Origin: an uncultured delta proteobacterium
GTDB taxonomy: Bacteria > Desulfobacterota > Desulfobaccia > Desulfobaccales > 0-14-0-80-60-11
Length of the DNA stretch: 64,000 nucleotides
Direction of reading: 5' to 3'
Assembly: GCA_963812015.1 (NCBI GenBank)
Contig: CAWETI010000002.1
Location: forward strand, 1,312,001-1,376,000
Both the position numbers and the translations under genes were made by a program. A model generated the notes under the pieces. It was given only the letters and a program-made list of their open reading frames with translations. It was not told the DNA's origin and did not search any database. This document shows, in pieces, positions 39,250-48,239 of the stretch (position 1 is its first letter; every line of letters starts with the position of its first letter).

Positions 39250-39344
39250 GCGCGGTTCTTCTCAAGCTTGGGGCTTTTCGAGGCTGGGGTGGCGATTTCT
39301 GACGGAAGGGAGCGCCGGTCCCGCCCGGGAGACCGGACCGGCCC

Positions 39345-39647
39345 TCAAAGGGTCCGGCGGTACACAAACACATACGCTTCAGCGTTGATGTCGATAACCA
39401 GGTCACCGCCCCGGGATTCGGCGTAAGTCAGCCAGGCGGGCTTGTCGTCGCGGCAGCACGTCACCCGGGGCGAGAATTCGCCGGTGCCGCGGTTATACCA
39501 GGCCAGGAGCATAGGGTCGTCCCCCACCTCCCGGGCCCGCCGGTCGGCGATAGCCCGGGCCTGGGGAAAATCCAGGGGTTCATCGGCAACGCCGATGTCG
39601 ATGGGATCTTTGAGCATTTCCCTGCTCAAGGGGATGCAATCGGCCAT
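39345..39647 (-). CDS. AF1514/DUF5619-like protein
   Basis: PMLLAWY..SP...C...KPAW..YAESRGG..IDIN...YVF pattern, recalled from memory; GGAGGT RBS. Confidence 0.7.
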   Translation of the reverse strand: MADCIPLSREMLKDPIDIGVADEPLDFPQARAIADRRAREVGDDPMLLAWYNRGTGEFSPRVTCCRDDKPAWLTYAESRGGDLVIDINAEAYVFVYRRTL

Positions 39648-39724
39648 GTCACCTCCCGGGGCGCAGTCAGGCCCGCATTTCGGAAATAATTACTACAATC
39701 TCTCATAGCGTCTCGTCTCAGGAT

Positions 39725-39882
39725 TATCTTACAAAATGTTGAGGGTTTTTTCTCCCTCCCCCTTGATGGGGGAGGGTTGGGGTGGGGGTGAAATTGCTGG
39801 GCATTGCTGCAACTTATCCCCCTCCCCCCAACCCCCTCCCACCAGGGGAGGGGGAGTTATTGAAGACACATTTTGCAAGGTA
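39725..39882. mobile_element. MITE-like element enclosing a CCCCTC-type palindromic doublet
   Basis: Ends tatcttacaaaatgt / acattttgcaaggta; core ccctccccttgatgggggagggttggggtggggg...ccccctcccccaaccccctcccaccaggggaggggg. Confidence 0.65.
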
Positions 39883-40177
39883 CTAGGTACAAGCCATGCC
39901 GTGCCCGTCACCCAAGCCACCGGTATATCGTCCGTACCACTCTTTATTATAAGGGTAAGGATTTACGATAAGAATGTAAAGCGGAGCGGGCCGGGGGGCT
40001 GCCGCCGCCGATCCCCGGGTGAGACGGGTGTTCCCACCTGACTCTTGGTTCGCATCATTTCCGTTGCTATTGGCACCATGAATCATTACTATCAAAAATT
40101 ATGAGGGCCGAGTCAGACGGATGAAACCGGCGGACCGGGCGGTTTTCGGCCCGGAGGTTGAAGTTCGGGAAGGACTC

Positions 40178-40489
40178 ATGTTACCGGATCTGGAAAAAAT
40201 CATGGCCGCGGACCGTCAGGGCAAGGAGATGGTGGCCCAGGCCCAGCAAGAGGCCATGGACCTCAAGAGCCAAGCCGACGCCCGGGTCCGGGAGAGTCAG
40301 GCCCAACTCCAGGAGGATCTGGCCCAGGTGCGTCAGGGGGCCCAGGCGGAAATCTTAGCGGCGGCCGAAGCCCGGGCCGCAGAAATTGCCGGGGCCACAG
40401 ATGGCCAGGTCCAGGTGCTGACCGAAGACCTCAAAACCCGCCAGGCAGACGCGGTGGCCTGGCTGGTCTCCCGGGTGTTAGGGACATGA
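40178..40489 (+). CDS. A/V-type ATPase peripheral stalk subunit H/G
   Basis: Ala/Gln/Glu-rich coiled coil of about 103 aa; first gene of the operon; ATGA overlap with subunit C. Confidence 0.7.
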   Translation: MLPDLEKIMAADRQGKEMVAQAQQEAMDLKSQADARVRESQAQLQEDLAQVRQGAQAEILAAAEARAAEIAGATDGQVQVLTEDLKTRQADAVAWLVSRVLGT

Positions 40490-41553
40490 TCTTCAAGCTC
40501 TGGCGGTATGCCTATGGCGGCGCCAAGGTTATGGCCCTCAAGAGTTTTCTGCTCTCTCCCGAAGACTATCACTATCTCCTCAGAGCCCGGAACCTGGAAG
40601 ACCTGGTGGGGTACCTCCGGACCACGGCTTATGGCCCCACCCTCTCCGGCTGGGACTGGCGCCGGGGGGACGCGGAAGCCGAACTGAGCCGCCGCCTTTA
40701 CGGCAGCCTGGCTCAGGCCTTTCTCAAGGTGCGCCGGGGGTTGAAGCCGCGGGAGGCCCGTTTCCTGGATCTTTTGCTGGAGCGCTTGGAAGCGGAAAAT
40801 CTCAAGGTCGTGCTCCGGGCCCTCAACCTGCGCCTGGACCCGGTCCAGGCGGAGGAGCGGCTTTTGCCCCTAACGGCCTTATCATCCCTGAATTTCCAGG
40901 CCATGCTGCGTCAGGAGAGCATCCCCCGGTTGGTGGACTACCTGGCTCCCACTGTCTGGGGGCCGCCCCTGGCCCGGGGGCTGTCCCGGTTTGCGCGTGA
41001 GGCCAACCTTTTCCCCCTGGAGATGTCCCTGGACCTCTTTGTGTACGCCTCCCTCTGGCAGGGGTTGGCGCGGTTGGGCTCGGCCGACCGCCGCATCGCC
41101 GGGGAGATCCTGGGCACCCTGGCCGACATCACGAACATCACCTGGGCCGGCCGCTTTCGCGATCTGTACGGCTTCCCGGCGGAAGAGACCTACCAGTATC
41201 TGATTGAGGCCGGGAGCTTCCGCAGCCCCGCCGCCCGCCGGGACCTGGCCTTTGCCGCCAATACCGGGGAGATGATCCTCCGCCTGCCCCGGCCGAGCTA
41301 CATCGAACTGCTCCAGGGGGCGGCAGACCGGGCGGACGTGGAAGCCCGGCTCCGACAGCACTGGCTGGCGACCCTGGAACGGGCCCTGGCCCGGCCGCCC
41401 TTCCAGATCGGTCTGCCCGTCACTTACCTGTTCTTCAAGGAATTGGAGCTGGATAACCTCGTCACCCTGGTGACCGGCAAAATGCTCAACCTGCCGGCCG
41501 AACGGGTGGAGCCGTGGCTGTGGCGTCGGGCGGCCGGAGGCGTGCATGTTTAA
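40486..41553 (+). CDS. A/V-type ATPase subunit C (d)
   Basis: YAYGGAKVMALKS.LL, ENLKVVLR, YLFFKELE..NL; operon position. Confidence 0.85.
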   Translation: MIFKLWRYAYGGAKVMALKSFLLSPEDYHYLLRARNLEDLVGYLRTTAYGPTLSGWDWRRGDAEAELSRRLYGSLAQAFLKVRRGLKPREARFLDLLLERLEAENLKVVLRALNLRLDPVQAEERLLPLTALSSLNFQAMLRQESIPRLVDYLAPTVWGPPLARGLSRFAREANLFPLEMSLDLFVYASLWQGLARLGSADRRIAGEILGTLADITNITWAGRFRDLYGFPAEETYQYLIEAGSFRSPAARRDLAFAANTGEMILRLPRPSYIELLQGAADRADVEARLRQHWLATLERALARPPFQIGLPVTYLFFKELELDNLVTLVTGKMLNLPAERVEPWLWRRAAGGVHV

Positions 41554-43507
41554 AGCCGTGCCCCTGGTCCTGATAAATATTCAGGTGGCCCAGGAAGAAA
41601 TTTCCCGGGCTACCGCAGTCTTGACCAGGCTGCGGATCATGCACCTCATCAATCTGGTGGAGACCCCCCTGGGCAAACTGGGGTATATGGGGGAACTGGA
41701 GCGGGACCTGCTCAACCGCTATCAGGAGGTGGGGGAAGAAGTGGACCATTGGGCCCAGGTCCTGGAAATCCCCCCCCAGGTGGTGGAGATGCCCCCCGAC
41801 CTGGACCCCGCCAAGGATATTTATCCCCTGGAAGAAACCATGGAGCACCTGCGGCGCCAGGTGAGCCCGGTGCTCCAGAAAGCGCAGGAAGTCACGGAGC
41901 AGCTGGCCAAGCTGCAGGAATACCAAAAGAATCTGGAATCAGTGGCCCCCGCGGGAATTTCGCCCGGGGACCTGGCCGGCCTCCGGTTTACGTATCTGGC
42001 GCCTGGATGGCTGCCGAGGGAGAATCTCCTCAGGTTGGAACAGGCCCTGGAGCACCTCCACCACGCCCTGATCCCCGTCGCCCAGGCGGAGCCCCGGGTC
42101 CTGGTCCTGGTGGCGAGTTTGCTTACGGATCGGGACACCTTGGACCGGGCCCTGAAGGGCGCCTTCTTCGAACTCCTCTCACTGCCCCCGGAGGCCACCG
42201 GTTTCCTGGAGGAGACCCTGGCGGACCTGAAACAACAGATCCAGGCCCTGGAAGCATCCCGGGAGCAGCTGGATGCCCAGCGGTCCCGGCTGCGGGACCA
42301 GATCGGCCCGGACCTGGTGCGCATCCGCAACCGCATTGACCTGACCCGCACCCTGCTCCGGGCCCGGGTGTTGTTCGGCAAGGTGGACCGCTCCTACCTG
42401 GTGAGCGGCTGGATTCCCGCCAACCTGGTGGATAAGCTCAAGGAGGCCCTGGCCCAGGAGTTGGGAGACCGGGCGGAGGTGGAGATCCTCTCCCCCGAGG
42501 CCATCCCGGGGGTCCGGGAAGGGATTCTGAAGATTCCCATCCTCTTCAATAATCCCTACCTGCTTCGGCCCTTCGAGCGTCTGACCAAGGCCTATGGCAC
42601 TCCCGCTTACGGGGAGGTGGAGCCCACGGCGTTTCTGGCCGTGAGCTTTTTACTGATGTTCGGCCTGATGTTCGGCGACGTCGGCCAGGGCGGGGTGCTC
42701 TTTCTTTTGGGCTACGTGATCTTCCGGAGATTTTTCCGGTACACCGACTACGGCGTTATCCTGATGGAATGCGGGGTGGCGTCCGTCATCTTCGGGTTTC
42801 TCTACGGCAGCGTCTTCGGGGTGGAAAACCTGCTGCCGGCCTTGTGGTTTTCGCCCATGCAGGACATCACCTATTTCGTCAAGATCGCGGTCTTGTTCGG
42901 GGTGGGGGCCATCAGCCTGGGGTTGATCCTGAGTTTCATCAACGCCCTGCGCCTCAAGACCTCGCGCCTGCCCGGGGCCGGCCTCCTGGCGGCCCTGATC
43001 TACTGGATCCTGGCGGGCTTGGGGGTGCGCTACCTCCTCACCGGGGCCCTGGAATGGGATTTCTGGGTGGCCGCGGGGGTGGCCGGCGTCACCCTGCTCA
43101 TGGGAATCATCTACATCTTGCAGCGCCTGTGGCTGGCGCCGCCCCAAGCCGAGGCCGTCACCGAAGGCGCAGGGACCAGGTTGCTGGAGGGGATCATCGA
43201 AGTGGTGGACGGCACCATCCGTTTCGTGGCCAACACCATTTCCTTCATCCGCATCGCCGCCTTTGCCCTGGCCCACGCCGGCCTGTTCATCGCGGTCTTT
43301 TCCCTGGCGGACACCCTGAACCGCATGGGGGGCGGCGGGCTGGTGTACTGGCTCACCATCCTGGTGGGCAACGTGGTCATCATCCTGCTGGAGGGGCTGG
43401 TGGTCTCCATCCAGATTGTCCGGCTGGAATACTACGAATTTATGAGCAAATTTTTCCACGGGGGCGGGGAGCCCTTCAAACCCCTGGAGCGGGGGGCGGC
43501 GCCGTGA
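41546..43507 (+). CDS. A/V-type ATPase subunit I (a)
   Basis: YGTPAYGEVEPT, FGLMFGDVGQG, NTISFIRIAAFALAH (essential Arg), RLEYYEFMSKFF. Confidence 0.95.
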   Translation: MFKAVPLVLINIQVAQEEISRATAVLTRLRIMHLINLVETPLGKLGYMGELERDLLNRYQEVGEEVDHWAQVLEIPPQVVEMPPDLDPAKDIYPLEETMEHLRRQVSPVLQKAQEVTEQLAKLQEYQKNLESVAPAGISPGDLAGLRFTYLAPGWLPRENLLRLEQALEHLHHALIPVAQAEPRVLVLVASLLTDRDTLDRALKGAFFELLSLPPEATGFLEETLADLKQQIQALEASREQLDAQRSRLRDQIGPDLVRIRNRIDLTRTLLRARVLFGKVDRSYLVSGWIPANLVDKLKEALAQELGDRAEVEILSPEAIPGVREGILKIPILFNNPYLLRPFERLTKAYGTPAYGEVEPTAFLAVSFLLMFGLMFGDVGQGGVLFLLGYVIFRRFFRYTDYGVILMECGVASVIFGFLYGSVFGVENLLPALWFSPMQDITYFVKIAVLFGVGAISLGLILSFINALRLKTSRLPGAGLLAALIYWILAGLGVRYLLTGALEWDFWVAAGVAGVTLLMGIIYILQRLWLAPPQAEAVTEGAGTRLLEGIIEVVDGTIRFVANTISFIRIAAFALAHAGLFIAVFSLADTLNRMGGGGLVYWLTILVGNVVIILLEGLVVSIQIVRLEYYEFMSKFFHGGGEPFKPLERGAAP

Positions 43508-43680
43508 ATTGAGACTGAAAATATTTTTGGAAGAGGGGGCCATAGGCCGATGGCCCCTGCCCCCTCTCCCAAACCCACTCCCCCAACCCCCATAAGGGAT
43601 TTTGGGAAAAAATCAGTCTCTTATTCAGAAGATCTTTCAAACATTTTCAAACTATTGGTTGGATCGCAAGAGGGATACTG

Positions 43681-44004
43681 ATGATGACAAAGACTTGCCG
43701 ATGCCTGTTGATCTGCCTGGGAACCCTGATTATGGTGAACGGCTGGCTGCCAGTGGCCTGGGCCCAGACCGGGGCCACCCCCACCCCGGAGGTGGTGAAG
43801 TGGGCCTATATGGCCGCCGCCATCGCCGCCGGCCTGGGGGTCCTGGGGGCTTCGGTGGCCGTGGCTGCGGTGGGAGCCGCAGCCATGGGGGCCATCAGCG
43901 AAAAACCGGAACTCTTTGCCCGGGCCTTGATCTTCGTGGGCCTAGCCGAAGGTCTGGCCATCTACGGGCTCATCGTGGCCATCATGATCCTGGGAAGAGT
44001 GTAG
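43681..44004 (+). CDS. A/V-type ATPase proteolipid subunit K (c)
   Basis: GAAAMGAISEKPE...FVGLAEGLAIYG. Confidence 0.93.
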   Translation: MMTKTCRCLLICLGTLIMVNGWLPVAWAQTGATPTPEVVKWAYMAAAIAAGLGVLGASVAVAAVGAAAMGAISEKPELFARALIFVGLAEGLAIYGLIVAIMILGRV

Positions 44005-44146
44005 GATGAGTAGTCAGTAGCCAGCAGCCAGTTATGGGTCTCAGGGGCGACCTCAGCCGGAAATGAGACGCTCAGTTACAAGCAATTTAAGAGGCAAAAA
44101 TTTTTACTGCCTCCTGGCAACTGACTACTGCCTCAAGGAGGGCGCC

Positions 44147-44461
44147 ATCAAAGCCCAGGGTTTTTTTGTTATCGCCGACGCCCGCACCCTGCTGGCCTTC
44201 GCCCTGGCCGGGATTCCCGGGGGGGCGGCGGACAATGCGGCCGAGGCCCGGCAGTTGCTGGCCGAGGGCCGGGCTGACCCCGGGGTGGGGCTGGTATTGA
44301 TCACCGAACGGCTCTCCCGGGAGATCCGGAATGAGGTGGACGCCATCCGGGGAGAAGGTCGGCCACCCCTGGTCCTGGAAATTCCGGACCTGCAAGGGCC
44401 CCTGCCCGGGGGCCAGTCGCTGCTGGAGCGGCTGCGGGCCCTGATGGGGATACCGAAGTGA
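44147..44461 (+). CDS. A/V-type ATPase subunit F (probable ATC start)
   Basis: FVIAD..TLLAFALAGI.G, GLVLITE, PLVLEIPD; AAGGAGG at 44135-44141. Confidence 0.85.
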   Translation: MKAQGFFVIADARTLLAFALAGIPGGAADNAAEARQLLAEGRADPGVGLVLITERLSREIRNEVDAIRGEGRPPLVLEIPDLQGPLPGGQSLLERLRALMGIPK

Positions 44462-44550
44462 GCGGGCTTCAATCATTGTCGGGGTGCACCAGGGTGTGCT
44501 CCCCCCGCGGGCGGACATTGAGGTCCGCCCCTATAATAGGTGCTTGAGTT

Positions 44551-45165
44551 ATGCCCCTTTATGACCAGGTGGAACTCCTCTGCCAGGCCATCGCCACCCA
44601 GGCCAAAGGCGAAGTCGAAGAGATCATGGCTCGGGCCCGGGAAGAGGCGGAGCGCCGCCTGAACGAGGCCGAGGCCCGCCGCCAGGAGGTGCTTGCCAGG
44701 ACCAAAGCCGAGGTGGAGGCCCAGGCCCGCCTCGAGGCGAGGAGCCGCATTGACCGGGCTGAGCTTTCGGGCAAGCGGCAAGTCTCCCAGACGAAAGAAA
44801 CCTTTCTGAATGAGGTTTTTGCCCAGGCCCAGGCCCTGCTCCTGGCCTTTCGGGAAACCCCCGACTACCGGGACTGGCTGCGGCGGACGCTTCTGGGCAC
44901 GCTCCAGCAACTGGAAGGGGAGGAGTTCCGGGTCATGGCCAACCCTGAAGAAGTAAAGTGGCTCACCCCTGACCTGCTTCAGGAGATGAGTCAGGCCCGG
45001 GCCTGCCGTCTGGACCTGGCCGCCGACCCGGACCTGCCCGCCGGGGGTTTCGTGGTGGTCCGGGCCGATGGCCGGGTGCGCTTTGACCAGACTTTTGCGG
45101 GCATCATCGACCGCCAGCGGGAAACCTTGCGGGGCGAGATCGCCCGGAAGCTGTGGGGGAGTTGA
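44551..45165 (+). CDS. A/V-type ATPase subunit E
   Basis: N-terminal coiled coil; GGFVV...GRVRFDQTF; IARKLW end. Confidence 0.9.
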   Translation: MPLYDQVELLCQAIATQAKGEVEEIMARAREEAERRLNEAEARRQEVLARTKAEVEAQARLEARSRIDRAELSGKRQVSQTKETFLNEVFAQAQALLLAFRETPDYRDWLRRTLLGTLQQLEGEEFRVMANPEEVKWLTPDLLQEMSQARACRLDLAADPDLPAGGFVVVRADGRVRFDQTFAGIIDRQRETLRGEIARKLWGS

Positions 45166-45297
45166 GGGGAAGCCCATGGCGGCGTATCCTTAGCCGGCCG
45201 CCTAGTTTTACTTGAGACTTGGCCCAAAAATTTAAGGTCCCCCTTTGGGAAAGAAGGGATTTTACCAAACGTTTGTTTCAAGGTAAGCGATATTTCC

Positions 45298-46239
45298 ATG
45301 AACATCCTGGTGCGACCATTACAGGAGGGCGACCTGCCCCTGGCCGACCGCATTTTCCGGCTGGCCTTCGGCACGTTTAACGGCCTGGCGGACCCGAGCC
45401 GGTTCGGCGGCGACCTGGACAAGGTCCACAGCCGCTGGCTGGCCGACCCCGGCGCGGCCTTCGGGGCGGAGGTGGACGGCGAATTGGCAGGCTCCAATTT
45501 CGTCACCCATTGGGGCAGCGTGGGTTACTTCGGCCCCCTAACGGTGCACCCGGACTTTTGGGACCGGGGCGTGGGCCAACAACTCCTCCCACCCGCCCTG
45601 GCCCTATTCGAGGCCTGGGGCTGCCGCCACACCGGGCTTTATACTTATTCCTGCAGCCCCAAGCACCTGGCCCTTTACCAGAAATTCGGTTTTTGGCCCC
45701 GCTCTCTCACGGCCATCATGTCAAAGGAGGTCAGGCGGGTGGAGAGGGGAGGGGAGGTCAGCTTTTATTCCCAGGCGCCGGCCTCGGAGCGGCCTGGGTT
45801 GGTGGCCGCCTGCGCCGGGCTCACCGATGCCATTTATGCCGGGCTGGAGGTGAGTCGGGAGATTTTCGCCCTGGAGAGCCAGGGGCTGGGCGATACCGTG
45901 CTGGTCTGGGATGATGCGGGACTGGTGGGGTTCGCGGCGGTGCACTGCGGCCCCGGCTCCGAGGCCGGCAGCGGCGCCGGTTTTATAAAATTCGGGGCGG
46001 CCCGGCCCGGACCCACGGCGGGGGAGTGCTTTGACCGGCTCCTCACCGCGTGCGAGGCCTATGCTGTGGCCCGGGGGGCGGCCCGCCTCATGGCCGGGGT
46101 GAGCCTGGCCCGTAAACCCGCGTATGAGCAGATGCGGGCCCGGGGCTTCCAAATCGACATCGTGGGCGTGTGCATGCATAAGCCCGATGAGGCGGGCTAC
46201 CACCGGCCAGATGCGTATGTCATGGATGATTGGCGGTAA
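45298..46239 (+). CDS. Tandem GNAT-family N-acetyltransferase
   Basis: GPLTVHPDFWDRGVGQQLL acetyl-CoA motif; LYQKFGF. Confidence 0.85.
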   Translation: MNILVRPLQEGDLPLADRIFRLAFGTFNGLADPSRFGGDLDKVHSRWLADPGAAFGAEVDGELAGSNFVTHWGSVGYFGPLTVHPDFWDRGVGQQLLPPALALFEAWGCRHTGLYTYSCSPKHLALYQKFGFWPRSLTAIMSKEVRRVERGGEVSFYSQAPASERPGLVAACAGLTDAIYAGLEVSREIFALESQGLGDTVLVWDDAGLVGFAAVHCGPGSEAGSGAGFIKFGAARPGPTAGECFDRLLTACEAYAVARGAARLMAGVSLARKPAYEQMRARGFQIDIVGVCMHKPDEAGYHRPDAYVMDDWR

Positions 46240-46372
46240 CCGGATATGGTGCGCAAGGCGCAGCCTCCGTTAATCTTACGGGGTTGGGGGATGGGGTTGG
46301 GGGAATTTTTTATAAGAGGGCAGGGGCCACTTACGAAAAAGCCCCTGGCCCCTTTCCCCAAAATAACAAGCC

Positions 46373-48133
46373 ATGACTGATACCAAAGCCGAAATCATCT
46401 GGGTGAGCGGGCCGGTGATGCGGTCCAGTGGTGGGCAGGTCCTCTCCATGTATGAGATGGTGGAGGTGGGGGAGGAGCGGCTCATCGGCGAGGTCATTGC
46501 GTTGGACGGCGAGGTGGCCACTCTCCAGATTTACGAGGACACCGGCGGCATCCGCCCCGGCGACCCGGTGGTGGGGCAGGGGGCGCCGTTGTCGGTGGAG
46601 ATCGGTCCGGGTCTCTTGGGCCAGATCTTCGACGGCATCCAGCGGCCCCTGAAGGCCCTGGAGCGGGTCACCGGCATTTTTATCGGCCGGGGGGCGCAGG
46701 TGGCCACCCTGGACCGGAAGAAGGCCTGGGCCTTCACGCCCCGGCGCCAGGCGGGGGATCAGGTAGCCGGCGGGGATATCCTGGGAGTGGTGCCCGAGAC
46801 CACCGCCATGGAGCACCGGGTCCTGGCGCCGCCAGGGGTGGCCGGGGAGCTCACCTTTATCGCCCCGTTGGGAGAGTACACTTTACAAGACGTCATCGGC
46901 CGCATCAAGGATGCCCGGGGCCGGGAGACGGAGCTCTTCCTATGGCACCGTTGGCCGGTGCGGCAGGGCCGGCCGTATCGGGAGCGCCTGCTGCCGGCGG
47001 AGCCTTTGATCACCGGCCAAAGGGTTCTGGACGCCCTCTTTCCCCTGGCCAAGGGCGGCGCCGCCGCCATCCCCGGCGGGTTCGGCACCGGCAAGACCAT
47101 CACCCAGCACCAGCTCTCCAAGTGGTGCGAGGCCGACCTCATCGTCTACGTGGGCTGCGGTGAGCGGGGCAACGAGATGACGGGGATATTGACTGAATTA
47201 CCCGCCTTACAAGACCCGCGCACCGGGCACCCCCTCCTGGAGCGCACCATCCTCATCGCCAACACCTCCAACATGCCGGTGGCGGCCCGGGAGGCTTCCA
47301 TATACACCGGCATCACCCTGGCCGAGGCCTTTCGCGATATGGGCTACGCCGTGGCCCTCATGGCCGACTCCACCTCGCGCTGGGCCGAGGCCCTGCGAGA
47401 GATCTCCGGGCGGCTGGAGGAGATGCCGGCGGAGGAAGGCTTTCCGGCGTATCTGGCCACCCGGCTGGCTGAGTTCTATGAACGGGCCGGTTCGGTGGTC
47501 ACCCTGAACGGGGCCAGGGGGTCGGTCTCGATTATCGGCGCGGTGTCACCGCCGGGGGGGGATTTTTCCGAACCCGTGACCCAGCAAACCAAACGGTTCG
47601 TGCGTACCTTCTGGGGCCTGGACAAGGAGTTGGCCGCGGCGCGGTACTTTCCGGCCATCAACCCCAACGACAGCTACAGCGAATATCCCGACATGGTGAA
47701 AGGCTGGTGGGCCGAACACGTGGAGCCGGGGTGGCAGGAGATGCGGGGCCAGGCCCTGGTGCTGCTCCAGGAAGACTACCAGTTGCAGCGCATCGTCAAG
47801 ATCATCGGCGAAGAAGCCCTGCCGGACGCCCAGCGCCTGGTACTGGCCGCGGCTGGCTGGTTCAAGGAGGGGTTCCTGCAGCAGAGCGCCTTTGACCCGG
47901 TGGACATGTTTTGCCCCCCGGCCAAACAGATGAAGATGCTCAAGCTGATCCTCGCGACCTACCGTAAGGCCAAAGAGGTGGTGGCCAAGGGGACGCCGTT
48001 CTATCAGATCCGGGAACTGGAGGAACTGGGGGCAATGCTGCGGATGAAGTCCACCATTAAGGCAGATGAGTTGGAGAAGTTCGACGAGCTGGAGAAGACC
48101 TTGAATGATAAGCTGGAGGCGTTGGCGGGTTAA
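46373..48133 (+). CDS. A/V-type ATPase catalytic subunit A
   Basis: PGGFGTGKT, GCGERGNEM, ANTSNMPVAARE, EEMPAEEGFPAYL, VSPPGGDFSEP. Confidence 0.97.
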   Translation: MTDTKAEIIWVSGPVMRSSGGQVLSMYEMVEVGEERLIGEVIALDGEVATLQIYEDTGGIRPGDPVVGQGAPLSVEIGPGLLGQIFDGIQRPLKALERVTGIFIGRGAQVATLDRKKAWAFTPRRQAGDQVAGGDILGVVPETTAMEHRVLAPPGVAGELTFIAPLGEYTLQDVIGRIKDARGRETELFLWHRWPVRQGRPYRERLLPAEPLITGQRVLDALFPLAKGGAAAIPGGFGTGKTITQHQLSKWCEADLIVYVGCGERGNEMTGILTELPALQDPRTGHPLLERTILIANTSNMPVAAREASIYTGITLAEAFRDMGYAVALMADSTSRWAEALREISGRLEEMPAEEGFPAYLATRLAEFYERAGSVVTLNGARGSVSIIGAVSPPGGDFSEPVTQQTKRFVRTFWGLDKELAAARYFPAINPNDSYSEYPDMVKGWWAEHVEPGWQEMRGQALVLLQEDYQLQRIVKIIGEEALPDAQRLVLAAAGWFKEGFLQQSAFDPVDMFCPPAKQMKMLKLILATYRKAKEVVAKGTPFYQIRELEELGAMLRMKSTIKADELEKFDELEKTLNDKLEALAG

Positions 48134-48193
48134 GGTGCCCAAGCAGAGCTTGGGCCAAGAATATACGTTCCCAAGCTGGAGCTTGGGAACGAG
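48134..48193. repeat. CCCAAGC..GCTTGGG palindrome doublet
   Basis: gcccaagcagagcttgggc and cgttcccaagctggagcttgggaacg. Confidence 0.7.
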
Positions 48194-48239
48194 ATAAATA
48201 GCTATTTCAGGAAAAAGCGGAAACTAAAAACCGAGAACT

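Noticed and set aside
39729..40095. Short ORFs over the 39725-39882 element
   Set aside because: They are translations of the palindromic repeat and promoter region
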